NCBI GenBank assembly: GCA_963718915.1
Contig: CAVRAI010000003.1
Span: 540,001 to 572,000, forward strand
Direction: 5' to 3'
DNA: 32,000 nt
Source of the DNA: an uncultured Chloroflexia bacterium
GTDB lineage: Bacteria > Chloroflexota > Ktedonobacteria > Ktedonobacterales > JADMIN01
Numbering within the stretch: position 1 is the first letter of the stretch; the number at the start of each line of letters is the position of its first letter. The notes beneath the pieces are model-generated. The model saw only the letters and a program-made list of their open reading frames with translations, was not told where the DNA came from and searched no databases. Shown piece after piece: positions 7,153-16,067 of this stretch. Both the position numbers and the translations under genes were made by a program.

Positions 7153-8433
7153 GTGCGATTACCTATCGAGAAAACGGACACATTTAGAGCGCAGAGGCGT
7201 CGGCGGATGCTCGCCCGAGGCGCGTGGTGTCTCATGGTCGTCATCGCCCTGGCGAATTTCTTCATTTCCCTGCCACTGTTCATCGCACAACTCCACAGGC
7301 TGTGTTCCCAAACCGCTTGTAATTACCAGCAACTTACGCCTGCACAAGCCGCAGTGCTCAAAGCGGGCGGCCTTTCCCTTGATGGATATGTCGCGCTCAC
7401 CGTCACGTTGCTGATCGTCTCGCTGATAGTTCCCTGGGCAGTCAGCGCGCTTATCATCGTGCGTCGTCCTGACGATCTGATGGCGCTTTTGGTTACCCTG
7501 CTGCTTGTAGCGCTCGGTTCAATCAACGCTGCAGCCGATTTACCCCAAGGACCTATGCCCTGGCTTGTGCCGTACACCTATTTCATCATCCTGAGTCAGG
7601 CGTTAATACTATGGACCTTTCTCGTGTTCCCAAGCGGGCGGTTCGCACCGCGCTGGACGAGTTGGGTCCTCGTCGCATTGCTTGCTGGTCAAGCCGCCGC
7701 CAGTTTCGCTCCAGACGTACTATTGCTATCCAATAACTCGGTGAGCCACCTTGGCTGGCTCGTAGCGCTTGCGGGGTTTGCGACAGTGCTAGTCGTCCAA
7801 CTTTACCGCTACCGGCGCGTCTCCAGTCCCTTGGAGCGCCAGCAGACGAAATGGGTCGTCGTGGGTCTCGCCTTTCCAGTTACGATTTTCGTTGTTGGGA
7901 GTATATTGGCGCTCATTTTCCCCGCGCTCGCTACCTCCAGCGCCATGTATGTAGCGGTGGCTAATGAGCTCGGCTTCATGCTGCCGCTCTTCCTCCCGTT
8001 CGGGTTTGGGTTCGCGATCATGCGTTATCGGCTCTGGGATATCGACGCCCTTATCAATAAGGCGCTGGTCTACGGTTCGCTGACAGTGCTGCTGGCAGGG
8101 GTCTATGCTGGCCTCATTGTTGGCCTGGAGAGTCTTGCGACGCTCACAAGGGGAGATATTGCGAATAAGCCGGTGGCGCTGATCATTTCGACCCTGGCCA
8201 CCGTGGCGCTGGTGCAGCCAGTGCGCCGACGGCTCCAGGCGTTGATCGACCGTCGCTTTTATCGGCGCAAGTATAATGCCGAGAAGACGCTGGCCGCCTT
8301 CAGCGCTACCCTGCACGATGCGATGGACCTGGACACGTTGCGCGTGCAGGTGCTGGACGTGGTGCAAGAGACCATGCAGCCCGCGCAAGTCTCGCTCTGG
8401 CTGAGCCGACGACCGCCGCCCGCCGCAGGATAG
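7153..8433 (+). CDS. Polytopic membrane protein, sensor-kinase-type N-terminal membrane module without an output domain (paralog of 24389..25747)
   Basis: GTG 7153 has AAGGAG 7 nt upstream; the ORF track extends to 7078. There are many hydrophobic helices. The conserved tail is YRYRRVSSPLERQQTKWVV..RYRLWDIDALINKALVYGSLT..QPVRRRLQALIDRRFYRRKYNAEKTL..VQETMQPAQVSLWL. Confidence 0.75.
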   Translation: MRLPIEKTDTFRAQRRRRMLARGAWCLMVVIALANFFISLPLFIAQLHRLCSQTACNYQQLTPAQAAVLKAGGLSLDGYVALTVTLLIVSLIVPWAVSALIIVRRPDDLMALLVTLLLVALGSINAAADLPQGPMPWLVPYTYFIILSQALILWTFLVFPSGRFAPRWTSWVLVALLAGQAAASFAPDVLLLSNNSVSHLGWLVALAGFATVLVVQLYRYRRVSSPLERQQTKWVVVGLAFPVTIFVVGSILALIFPALATSSAMYVAVANELGFMLPLFLPFGFGFAIMRYRLWDIDALINKALVYGSLTVLLAGVYAGLIVGLESLATLTRGDIANKPVALIISTLATVALVQPVRRRLQALIDRRFYRRKYNAEKTLAAFSATLHDAMDLDTLRVQVLDVVQETMQPAQVSLWLSRRPPPAAG

Positions 8434-8448
8434 TCGCGCCACAGCACA

Positions 8449-8478
8449 ACGACCGACGGAATAGCTCCCGCCGGTCGT
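8449..8478. terminator. GC-rich stem-loop between convergent genes (terminator-like, no U-tract)
   Basis: ACGACCGACGG (8449-8459) pairs with CCGCCGGTCGT (8468-8478). That is 11 positions with one mismatch and an 8-nt loop. Confidence 0.35.
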
Positions 8479-8507
8479 CGCCTACGAGTGTGATTGGTGT
8501 ATTGCCG

Positions 8508-8873
8508 CTACAGCGTGATGACGTGGTCGGGCGGGTTACCCGCCAGCGCGCCGTAGAGATCGGGGAAGCAGCCGACGCGCACGCCCTCGATGGTATCGCG
8601 CGGGGTGCAGTTGGGTGGCTCGCCCTCGGCCAGCCCGCGCTCCATCGCGCACTGATCGCAGAGCATCAGCAGGATGTTCTGCTCGCGGGCGATTTTGCCC
8701 AGCCGCTCGCCGATGGGGTCGCCCTTGCGCAGAACGTAGGTATTATCATCGAAGAACATCATGCCGACGACCTCGACGCCGTGGTTTCCGGCCTCGAGCT
8801 GTGGCAGAATCATCTTGCCCAACTTATAGCTAGCGGTATGTCCGCTGGTGCTGAAGATGTACGCAACCTTCAC
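8508..8873 (-). CDS. DsrE/DsrF-like family protein
   Basis: 121 aa with a GTG start. It has the small alpha/beta DsrE-like pattern (MKVAYIFSTSG.., VEVVGMMFFDDN, LLMLCDQCAMERGL, ..DHVITL). Confidence 0.6.
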   Translation of the reverse strand: MKVAYIFSTSGHTASYKLGKMILPQLEAGNHGVEVVGMMFFDDNTYVLRKGDPIGERLGKIAREQNILLMLCDQCAMERGLAEGEPPNCTPRDTIEGVRVGCFPDLYGALAGNPPDHVITL

Positions 8874-10095
8874 CTGGTTTGCCCTTTCGGAGTCTTAACG
8901 ATCCGCGCCTCCCGATGTGGGCGCTTCACCGCAAACTGTAGCAGGCGGAATCGCTGCGGGGCAATCAGTCTTCAGAGGCTCCCGGTCCGCGAGGTCTTAC
9001 AGAGTTAGCCGCTGTTCACTGCTGTTCACTTATAGTGCATTACGTGATAGTCATGTCAGGCGTTTACCGCTGTCTCTCGTGTGCGCAGATGGTCGCAGTC
9101 ACAAAGAAACGTGCTCGATGAATGTCCGGCAGCTCTGACAGTGCTTGGATTGGTAGATACTGCTTGACAGTCACCCACATTCCGGGATGCGAGGATCTGC
9201 GTCGGTCGAAAACGAGAATCGATAAATTCCGTATCCGCATCGCAACAGGATATGCGACAAAGAGGGTGCAACGCAACGATGGTAATCAGAGCGCGATGTC
9301 AAGTCAATGCCTGAGACGAAGGTAGGAACATGACACTGCATAGCCCGATCGTCAGCGTGAGACAGAGTCCGTCGAAGTGCGCGATTCGTACAGCTATGGA
9401 TGGCAGCCTACACCAGATAGGCTGGGCGCATCTAGCTTGTCCCCAGAGATGCCCCGTGTCCGGTGGTTCAATGCTGGGCCTGAGTGTCGAAGCGCATAGC
9501 GATCATCGCATCCGCCTGACATGTCATTTGCTGCATCCAGGCTCGCAGGCTCGGAAGTCTGCTGGCAAGAGTTGCGCGTTGTTACAGTTTGGACCATCGC
9601 AATAGGGAATATGCAGTTGAGCAAAGAGCGTAGCATCCCGGTATGAAGAGCGCCGCACAGGCAATGACACCTAGACTCCAGCCCAGGTGGGCGTAGCGGA
9701 GCTGACGGTTTTGATGTTGGATTGATGGAGGGCTGGTGAGTGCCGATACTGGTGAGAGCGTGAGACGTTTCGTTGGCATGTGATGCCTCTATCGAACTCT
9801 AGCCAGCAGACGTGCTGGCGAATGTTGCGAAACACCTCTACTCGATCAATCTATCGATCAAAGCACATTGTAATCATTCAGCGTGCCCAGATCGTTACAG
9901 CCAGCGTTACGAAAGGCATAGATGAGAGAACCTGACGCCCTGTGGTCTATACATAAGTCAACCGGAACACGTGGATGACAACGACGTGGAGCCAGATAAG
10001 TAAAGAATGGCGCCAGCTTTCTCTGCGAACAGAGACTGCATGCGGCGTCATTCGTTATGCAAAGTGTATGCATTGTATAGGGAAGGAGGCCACCC

Positions 10096-10575
10096 ATGCG
10101 CGAAGACCTGGTCACGCCCGCTATCGCCCGACGTCTCGTTACGGATGGGCTGGGCTGGGAGCCGCAGATTGGCGACTGGTGTACGGTGCTGGGCGGGGAG
10201 CATATCGCCGAGGGCGCCGCTGGCCTCTGGCTGGTGATCGCCGTGCCGCCTGGCATGGGGACGCTGGCGCTGGCGGATGCGAATGGCCAGTGGCCGGTGA
10301 CACAGGTGGCGCAGGGCTCCTGCCTCTGGCTCCCCACTGCTGGCAAGCTCAAGACATGGCTGCGCGCGCGCGGCTATCGTGTCGCGACGGGTGAGGCGTT
10401 CGCGCCGGTGCTGGCGGCCTCCGCGCCTGCCTCGCGGCATGTCTGTCGGCTGACCTACCCCGGTGAGGCGGCGCCCATCGATGGCGACGGACTGAACGAG
10501 GCCGAGGCGGTCGCCGACGCGCTGCTGCGGGTACTGAACGCCCATACTTCTGACTCGCCACACCTGGCGTTTTGA
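10096..10575 (+). CDS. Hypothetical protein (conserved-looking, function unknown)
   Basis: 159 aa. A strong GGAAGGAGG RBS lies upstream of the ATG. Third-position GC is high. Confidence 0.7.
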   Translation: MREDLVTPAIARRLVTDGLGWEPQIGDWCTVLGGEHIAEGAAGLWLVIAVPPGMGTLALADANGQWPVTQVAQGSCLWLPTAGKLKTWLRARGYRVATGEAFAPVLAASAPASRHVCRLTYPGEAAPIDGDGLNEAEAVADALLRVLNAHTSDSPHLAF

Positions 10576-10621
10576 GCTGCCAGATGGGGAAATGGCCATA
10601 TCCGCTTTTCGGGTAGCTGGT

Positions 10622-10651
10622 TTGACAGCCTTTGCCTCCCCGGCCTATACT
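10622..10651 (+). promoter_or_regulatory. Near-consensus sigma-70-like promoter (TTGACA-N18-TATACT)
   Basis: TTGACA is at 10622-10627 and TATACT at 10646-10651. It lies about 22 nt upstream of ATG 10674, in the gap after the 10096 gene. Confidence 0.5.
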
Positions 10652-10673
10652 GGCCCAGTCCGCTGGACAAGCG

Positions 10674-12665
10674 ATGAATTCGCATGTAACGAGCGATACC
10701 GGCAAGCAGGGGGATGGCATGGGCTGGGATGATGAGTCACGCGGACCAGCACGCGATCCACGTATGGGAGCGCCGGGCGCTTCCAGCCGACGCAATCCCG
10801 CGCCTCCCGGAGCGTTCGACCCCTATCAGCCCAATGGCAGCACGCGTATGCCCGTCCCCGGCGGCTCGGGTCGCTGGGCCAACGAGCAGGAGGGCTGGAC
10901 TTCCACCCAGATGGCGGCGGTCGGCCACCAGCATCACTTCTCGCTCTTCCATGATGGCAACGCCGGGCATCTCTGGCGCGGTGAGGTTGCCTCTCTGCTG
11001 GGCGAGGCGATCTTTACCACAGGCGTCCTCATCTGGCTCGTCGGCCTGACTGGCTCACCCTACGTGGTGGCGCTCGCGCTCGTGTTGCTGGGTGTTCCCT
11101 GGCTGCTGGCCGGGCCGCTAGCCGCCCCGCTGACGCGCATGCCCGAGCCTGGACGCGGGCTGGCGTGGATCGGTCGGCTGCGCTTTCTACTAGCCCTTGG
11201 CTTCGTCCCTATGCACTTCCACACGATCTATCCGGTCGTGTTTGCGCTCATCTTTGGTATCGCGCTCTGTGGTCGGCTCCGTGAAGGGTTGCGGGTCGCC
11301 GCCTTCCGCGTCTGTCTCGCGCCGGGCGAGCTGGAGCGCGTCTCCTCCGATCTCTATATCGGCGGCGCGGTTGTCGCCGTTTGCGGGCCGCTCCTCGCCA
11401 CACTGACCTATACGCTGCTGGGCGAGCGCATTCTGCTGGTGAGCATCTTCGCCGCGGTCTGTTACCTGCTTGCCTCGAACTCTGATGGCTTTCTCGATGC
11501 CCTGCCAGAGTCCAAGCGCGCCTTTCTGCACGTCCAGCCCGATGAAGACGATCTCGAAGCCCTGATGGAGGAAGATGGCGACGATGATCGCCTCGCCGAT
11601 CCAGAGATGCGCCGCGAACTGGCGCTGCCAGAATGGTATCAGGTTGCGCCCTCCACATTGAGACAGGCGTTTGGTGAGCTGCGGTCAGGCATGGCGCTCG
11701 TCGGCGGATCAGCGCTCAGCCAGACCGCGCTGCTGGCGCTCTGCGCGCTTGGACTGGTCGGCGGCGGGCTCGCCGCGCTGGAGATCTTCTTCCTCCAGGA
11801 TCGCCTTGGGCTGCCCGGCTTCTACTTTGGCCCATTGCTGGCGGCCGAGGCTGGTGGTCTGGCGTTGGGCGCGCTCTTCGGCGATACCGTCGCGCATCGC
11901 GGACATGGTCGTCCCGCGCTCATCGCGGGTGTGGTCGGCACGGGCTTCGCGCTTGCCACGATGACGCTGATTCCGATGCTGCTTGCGGTGCTCGCCTGCG
12001 CCCTGTTGCTGGGCCTCTTCAACGCCCTCGCCGTCACTGGCGCGCGCGTGGGACTTTTCGCGGGCTTCACTGGTTTCGAGCGCCGGGCCATCGCCTCAGC
12101 CGAGACATGGCTGGTCGCTCTCGCGGGTGTCGTCGGCGCTGGGCTGTTCACAGTCTTCTACGCGGGTGTCGCGGGTATCCCTGGCCTCCCATCGACGCTG
12201 GCACGGTTGCCGTTCCCCGGCTGGCCTGTTGGCATGGTGATGCTTGGCACAGGCATTGTCCTGGTGCTTTCCGCCATCATCTTCGTTGTGTTGCTGGCCC
12301 GCAAGCAGCGCGCGGCGAAAGCGGCTTCCGGGAGCGCCTCCGAGGGCGATTTTGGCGGGTGGGGCGACGAGGGCTACGAGGGCGAGAGCGCCTATCTGCC
12401 CGCCGCTGGTGGTTGGGATGATGAGAGTGAGAGCGCCTATCTTCCTGCCGCCGATGGCTGGGACGATGGCTATGACGACGACTCGCCCTCGGAATATCGT
12501 CCAGCCCAGCGCGGCCGTTCTGGTGGCGGTGGCGCGCCCGGTCGCTCCAGCTTCCGCGCACCGAATCGCGGTGGCGGGCTGCTCAGCCGCCAGAATAATG
12601 GCGATGATGACGATAACTCGCCACGGCGCGGTGGGTCACCCGGCGGCAGGCGTAATCGCTGGTAG
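10674..12665 (+). CDS. MFS-like transporter with long disordered N- and C-terminal tails
   Basis: Start taken at ATG 10674; the track ORF begins at 10632, inside the promoter. There are about 12 hydrophobic helices with an MFS_3-like opening (LWRGEVASLLGEAIF..WLVGLTGSPYVVAL..LPWLLAGPLA). The central loop is acidic. The tails are Gly/Asp/Trp-rich. Confidence 0.65.
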   Translation: MNSHVTSDTGKQGDGMGWDDESRGPARDPRMGAPGASSRRNPAPPGAFDPYQPNGSTRMPVPGGSGRWANEQEGWTSTQMAAVGHQHHFSLFHDGNAGHLWRGEVASLLGEAIFTTGVLIWLVGLTGSPYVVALALVLLGVPWLLAGPLAAPLTRMPEPGRGLAWIGRLRFLLALGFVPMHFHTIYPVVFALIFGIALCGRLREGLRVAAFRVCLAPGELERVSSDLYIGGAVVAVCGPLLATLTYTLLGERILLVSIFAAVCYLLASNSDGFLDALPESKRAFLHVQPDEDDLEALMEEDGDDDRLADPEMRRELALPEWYQVAPSTLRQAFGELRSGMALVGGSALSQTALLALCALGLVGGGLAALEIFFLQDRLGLPGFYFGPLLAAEAGGLALGALFGDTVAHRGHGRPALIAGVVGTGFALATMTLIPMLLAVLACALLLGLFNALAVTGARVGLFAGFTGFERRAIASAETWLVALAGVVGAGLFTVFYAGVAGIPGLPSTLARLPFPGWPVGMVMLGTGIVLVLSAIIFVVLLARKQRAAKAASGSASEGDFGGWGDEGYEGESAYLPAAGGWDDESESAYLPAADGWDDGYDDDSPSEYRPAQRGRSGGGGAPGRSSFRAPNRGGGLLSRQNNGDDDDNSPRRGGSPGGRRNRW

Positions 12666-12920
12666 GCGTAGCGGGTGTCCGTCGCTGTTTCGCGGCATGA
12701 ATACCGCGGCTAATCGTCAGGATGAGATCAGCGCTTCTGCATGTGGCATCCAATCTCCTTGTTCTGAATTCCCTCTTCTGCGCGCCATCCTGCGAGTGAA
12801 ACTACGAATACTGCGTGGCCTTTTTCCCCGTCCTGAGGCACACTGATTCGCGATGGGCGCTCTGTATGATCTCGATATTCGTGATGCGATGATCTCGCCC
12901 ATCCCATTGTCGTTACGGCA

Positions 12921-12965
12921 TGCTATAGTATCCCCACTATACGGGCATCTCCTGACCACAGGAGA
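12921..12965 (+). promoter_or_regulatory. Extended -10 promoter (TGcTATAGT) plus 5'-leader hairpin
   Basis: TG is at 12921-12922 and TATAGT at 12924-12929. The hairpin pairs TCTCCTG (12948-12954) with CAGGAGA (12959-12965). It sits immediately 5' of RBS GAAGGAGGG and ATG 12985. Confidence 0.35.
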
Positions 12966-12984
12966 CCGAAGGAGGGCAGCCCTC

Positions 12985-14583
12985 ATGACAGCCGCCGCTG
13001 GATCACTCGACGCATCTGACCGTGCCGGGAAGGGAACGCTGCCGAAGCGTTCGCTTGGCGGACTCATCTCGATCAGCATCTTCTGGTTCGCGCTCAACTT
13101 TCATTGGGCCGCTGTGGGCATTATCCTGGTGCCCAGCCAGGTCATTGGCCTGCTCTTCCAGCAGGCGCCTGCGGGTTCCCTGGCGAGCCAGGCCACCTGG
13201 GTCAACGACCACGCCGGGCTGGCGCAGGCCATCGTCGTCGCGCCGGGACTCATTGTTGCCCTACTCTCGAATCCATTCTTCGGTCTGCTCAGCGACCGCA
13301 CACCGGGTCGCTTTGGCCGTCGCCGCCCCTATGTGGTGGTTGGCACACTGGTCAATGTCGTTGGCCTTGCCATGATGGCGCTGCTGCCGACGACACTTGC
13401 GGGTAATCATAACGGCAATCCAGTATCAGCGGGACTGCTGACGCTGATGGTTGGCCTGATGGTCGTGCAGTTGTCCAATAACTCCGCCGCCGCGCCTTTC
13501 CATGCGCTCCTGCCCGACCTCGTTCCGCAGGAACAGCGCGGCAAGGCATCCGGCATCATGGGGCTGGCGTACTGGTTTGGCACTATCTGTGGCGCAATCG
13601 TCCCAACACTCTTCGGCTTCAATTCCAATGCGCTGCTCAACGGCACACAGAGTCCAGCCGCCTATCAGCATGGCATCGTCCTTGGTTACGCCGCCACCGC
13701 CGCGATTATCCTGCTCATGGCGATCCTGACCTTCATCTTTGTACGTGAGACTCCCTGGCAACGCTCCATGATATCCAGAGTGGAGCGAGCCGTACAACGC
13801 CACACGCTGCGCGATCTCGGGCTGACGTTGCTCGTCCTCGCCGCGATGCTGGGTGGCATCTATCTGGTGACGCACGTGACAGGACAGCCGCTCGGCGAAG
13901 ATGGGTTGAGCTATGTGCAACTCATCGGCGTTGCCATCGCCTCGGTAGGCGCGGCCTTTGCCTTCGACTTCCGTCCGCGGCGTAATGGCGATTTCACCTG
14001 GGTCGTGCTGACGCGCATGCTGGTGATGATGGGCATCTATCTTGTCCAGAACTTCGTCTTGCTCATCATGATCAACTATGCCCACGCGCCCAATCCGCAG
14101 AGCGCGACCACCGTGTTTATCATTCTGCTCACCATCTCCGCCACCCTGAGCACGCTCTTCGCCGGCTGGGCCTCTGACCGCGTCGGGCGCAAGCGCATGG
14201 TCTATATTGCCGGGTCGTTCATGGCGTTCGTCGGTGTCGTGTTTGTCATCGCACCGTTCATTGTTCCTGGTAGCCTGTTGCCGCTGACCTTCGGAGCTGC
14301 CGCGGTCTTTGGTCTCGGCTTTGGCGCGTATGTCAGCGTGGACTGGGCGCTGGTAGCGGATGTGCTGCCCTCCGAAGAGACCTACGCCCGCGACATGGGC
14401 ATCTGGAATATCGCGCTGACGTTGCCGCAGGTGTTGGCGGTGGTCTTTGGTGGCTGGCTGCTGGCGTTTGGCGTCTCGGCGGGCAACCGCAGCCTTGGCT
14501 ATACCCTGCTCTTCGCCTTCCTGGTCCTGTTCTGTGCGCTTGGCACTGTCACGGTCCGCTTCATTCGCGGTGTCAAACGCTGA
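12985..14583 (+). CDS. MFS transporter
   Basis: ATG 12985 has GAAGGAGGG 8 nt upstream. There are about 12-14 TM helices. The MFS loop motif is LLSDRTPGRFGRRRPYVVVG, with a second copy-like motif WASDRVGRKRMV. Confidence 0.8.
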   Translation: MTAAAGSLDASDRAGKGTLPKRSLGGLISISIFWFALNFHWAAVGIILVPSQVIGLLFQQAPAGSLASQATWVNDHAGLAQAIVVAPGLIVALLSNPFFGLLSDRTPGRFGRRRPYVVVGTLVNVVGLAMMALLPTTLAGNHNGNPVSAGLLTLMVGLMVVQLSNNSAAAPFHALLPDLVPQEQRGKASGIMGLAYWFGTICGAIVPTLFGFNSNALLNGTQSPAAYQHGIVLGYAATAAIILLMAILTFIFVRETPWQRSMISRVERAVQRHTLRDLGLTLLVLAAMLGGIYLVTHVTGQPLGEDGLSYVQLIGVAIASVGAAFAFDFRPRRNGDFTWVVLTRMLVMMGIYLVQNFVLLIMINYAHAPNPQSATTVFIILLTISATLSTLFAGWASDRVGRKRMVYIAGSFMAFVGVVFVIAPFIVPGSLLPLTFGAAAVFGLGFGAYVSVDWALVADVLPSEETYARDMGIWNIALTLPQVLAVVFGGWLLAFGVSAGNRSLGYTLLFAFLVLFCALGTVTVRFIRGVKR

Positions 14584-14594
14584 CCTCACCGCCC

Positions 14595-14623
14595 CGCCCC
14601 CTCTCTCACAAGGAGAGGGGGCG
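14595..14623 (+). terminator. GC-rich stem-loop after the MFS stop codon (terminator-like, no U-tract)
   Basis: CGCCCCCTCTC (14595-14605) pairs perfectly with GAGAGGGGGCG (14613-14623) over 11 bp. The loop is 7 nt. Confidence 0.35.
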
Positions 14624-14639
14624 CCAGAACAAAGGACAC

Positions 14640-15086
14640 ATGGGAGACAAAGCGATGAAACGCATATTACAGATACTCTCGCTGGTCACGCTCATCACCG
14701 TGATCGCGGCGATGGTTGCGCAGGCGCTGACTGTCGCGCAGGGCATCACCTACGACCAGAATGGGCAGCCCGTCAATCCGTCCACACTCACGATGATCGT
14801 CACTATTCTGGGGGTGGCCGGGATGCTTTCGCTGCCGCTGACCGCCGCGAACGGTGTGCTGGGCATCGTCGTCACGGGGCTGGAGCGGCGCTACGCCTGG
14901 CTCGTCGCGGTAATGGTCGCGGGCGCGCTGGCGCTCGTGGGCCTCTTCGTGATGATCTGGATATTGCTGAGCGTGCAGAGTCCCATCGCCCTCCAGGCGC
15001 CATTCGTCATCGTCCCACTGGTCACGCTGGCCTACACGCTCGCGCCCGCGCCGCGCCGCGCAGCCACCTCCGCTGGCGTATACTGA
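14640..15086 (+). CDS. Hypothetical membrane protein (about 4 TM helices)
   Basis: 148 aa, with an alternative ATG at 14655. It has hydrophobic helices and high GC3. Confidence 0.65.
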   Translation: MGDKAMKRILQILSLVTLITVIAAMVAQALTVAQGITYDQNGQPVNPSTLTMIVTILGVAGMLSLPLTAANGVLGIVVTGLERRYAWLVAVMVAGALALVGLFVMIWILLSVQSPIALQAPFVIVPLVTLAYTLAPAPRRAATSAGVY

Positions 15087-15115
15087 GCGGTATGAAGAGC
15101 TAGCTGGAGGCCGCG

Positions 15116-15751
15116 ATGATCGAGCTGGTGTTAGAGATTCGGGATGCCGCCGATGAGACGGCGATCCGCGAGCTGGTGGGCAGGCGCGCGGGCATTACGC
15201 TCATCGGCCCCGGCAGTCAACGTCTGGACGACCGCATCGATGTGGATACGCTGGTGGACGAGGAGGAATCGTCTGGCGGTGGCGCCTGGTATCGGCGGCA
15301 ATTTTCGATTCCTCGGGGCTGGGTTGTCGTAAATGAAGCCGATGGCATCCGCGTTCTCCTCGACGAAGCCTTCATCACTGCTGTTGATAAGGCGCGTGCG
15401 CCAGATACGGCGGTATTCTGGATTGCGACTCTTGGCGAGAGTTCCGGTTATGAGGGCGATTACAGCAGACTCGCGGCTGGCATGGATCCCGACGCTGTCC
15501 GCGACGCGGCGAGCGGCGAGTACTACATCTTCGAGCATAAATTGCACTGGTACCCCGAATTTCTCAACGCCTTCGAGGTGTTGGAGCGCCACAATGCCAC
15601 GGGAGCTGTCCCACCTATCCAGCGCGTCGGGATATGGGCGCGCCTTCTGTGGACGCCGGGGCTGCTCCGCGCGTACGACACCTATCGCGAGCGCGCGCTG
15701 GCCGGAGCATATGGCCCGCAAGAGCCGCCAGACGACAAGAGCAATCCATAA
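15116..15751 (+). CDS. Hypothetical protein
   Basis: 211 aa. A GGAGG RBS lies 5 nt upstream of the ATG. Codon bias looks coding. I recognise no family. Confidence 0.6.
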   Translation: MIELVLEIRDAADETAIRELVGRRAGITLIGPGSQRLDDRIDVDTLVDEEESSGGGAWYRRQFSIPRGWVVVNEADGIRVLLDEAFITAVDKARAPDTAVFWIATLGESSGYEGDYSRLAAGMDPDAVRDAASGEYYIFEHKLHWYPEFLNAFEVLERHNATGAVPPIQRVGIWARLLWTPGLLRAYDTYRERALAGAYGPQEPPDDKSNP

Positions 15752-16024
15752 CCCGCCACCTCCCCTCGTGGTCTGCCACCTGCCGCCACGGATTCGCGCC
15801 GCCCCCTTGCGCTGGCGCAACATCACGTTCTATGCTGGATGCGCCGGGACGATGTGATCCTGGCGTAATGTCGATCTCATCACGGTGAGCCGGAATACGG
15901 CGCCGCGCGACACTGCTTCCACTCATGGGAGAGCATGTCGGGCAGGCGCTCTTTTTATTTTCCGCGTTTTCAGTGCCTGTGCAGATTCGACATTCGCTCG
16001 AAGCCACTTATGCACATGCGACGG

Positions 16025-16064
16025 CCCCTCCCTTTTAGGGGAGGGGGTAGGGGGAGAGGGTAGG
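16025..16064 (+). promoter_or_regulatory. C-rich/G-rich hairpin overlapping a four-run G-tract in the leader of the phage-like operon
   Basis: CCCCTCCC (16025-16032) pairs with GGGAGGGG (16039-16046). G-runs lie at 16038-41, 16043-47, 16050-54 and 16058-60, with loops of 1-3 nt. The tract ends 4-8 nt before ATG 16068 and so contains the only SD-like sequence. Confidence 0.3.
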
Positions 16065-16067
16065 CAG

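Noticed and set aside
9330-9605. A 91-aa Cys/His-containing ORF and a 65-aa minus-strand ORF (9582..9779), both with weak SD-like sequences, inside the ORF-poor gap.
   Set aside because: By my count GC3 is only about 54-58%, against about 75% in bona fide genes here. I recognise no family, and the two overlap each other. The evidence is not enough to call either as a CDS.
13426-14589. 387-aa minus-strand ORF. Similar long antisense ORFs lie at 2522..3571, 25801..26640, 28346..29446 and 7789..8442.
   Set aside because: Each lies opposite a gene with clear family motifs (MFS, FAD dehydrogenase, LLM, tdh, membrane sensor). Each has Arg/His/Gly/Asp-rich composition with no recognisable domain or RBS.
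15885-16067. The N-terminal extension of track ORF 15885..16457 (MSRNTAPRD..), and the similar upstream extensions of ORFs at 7078, 10632, 12853, 17968, 24191 and 28289.
   Set aside because: The extensions have no RBS and run through promoter, hairpin or terminator-like sequence. Internal starts with GGAGG-type SD sites agree with family N-termini.
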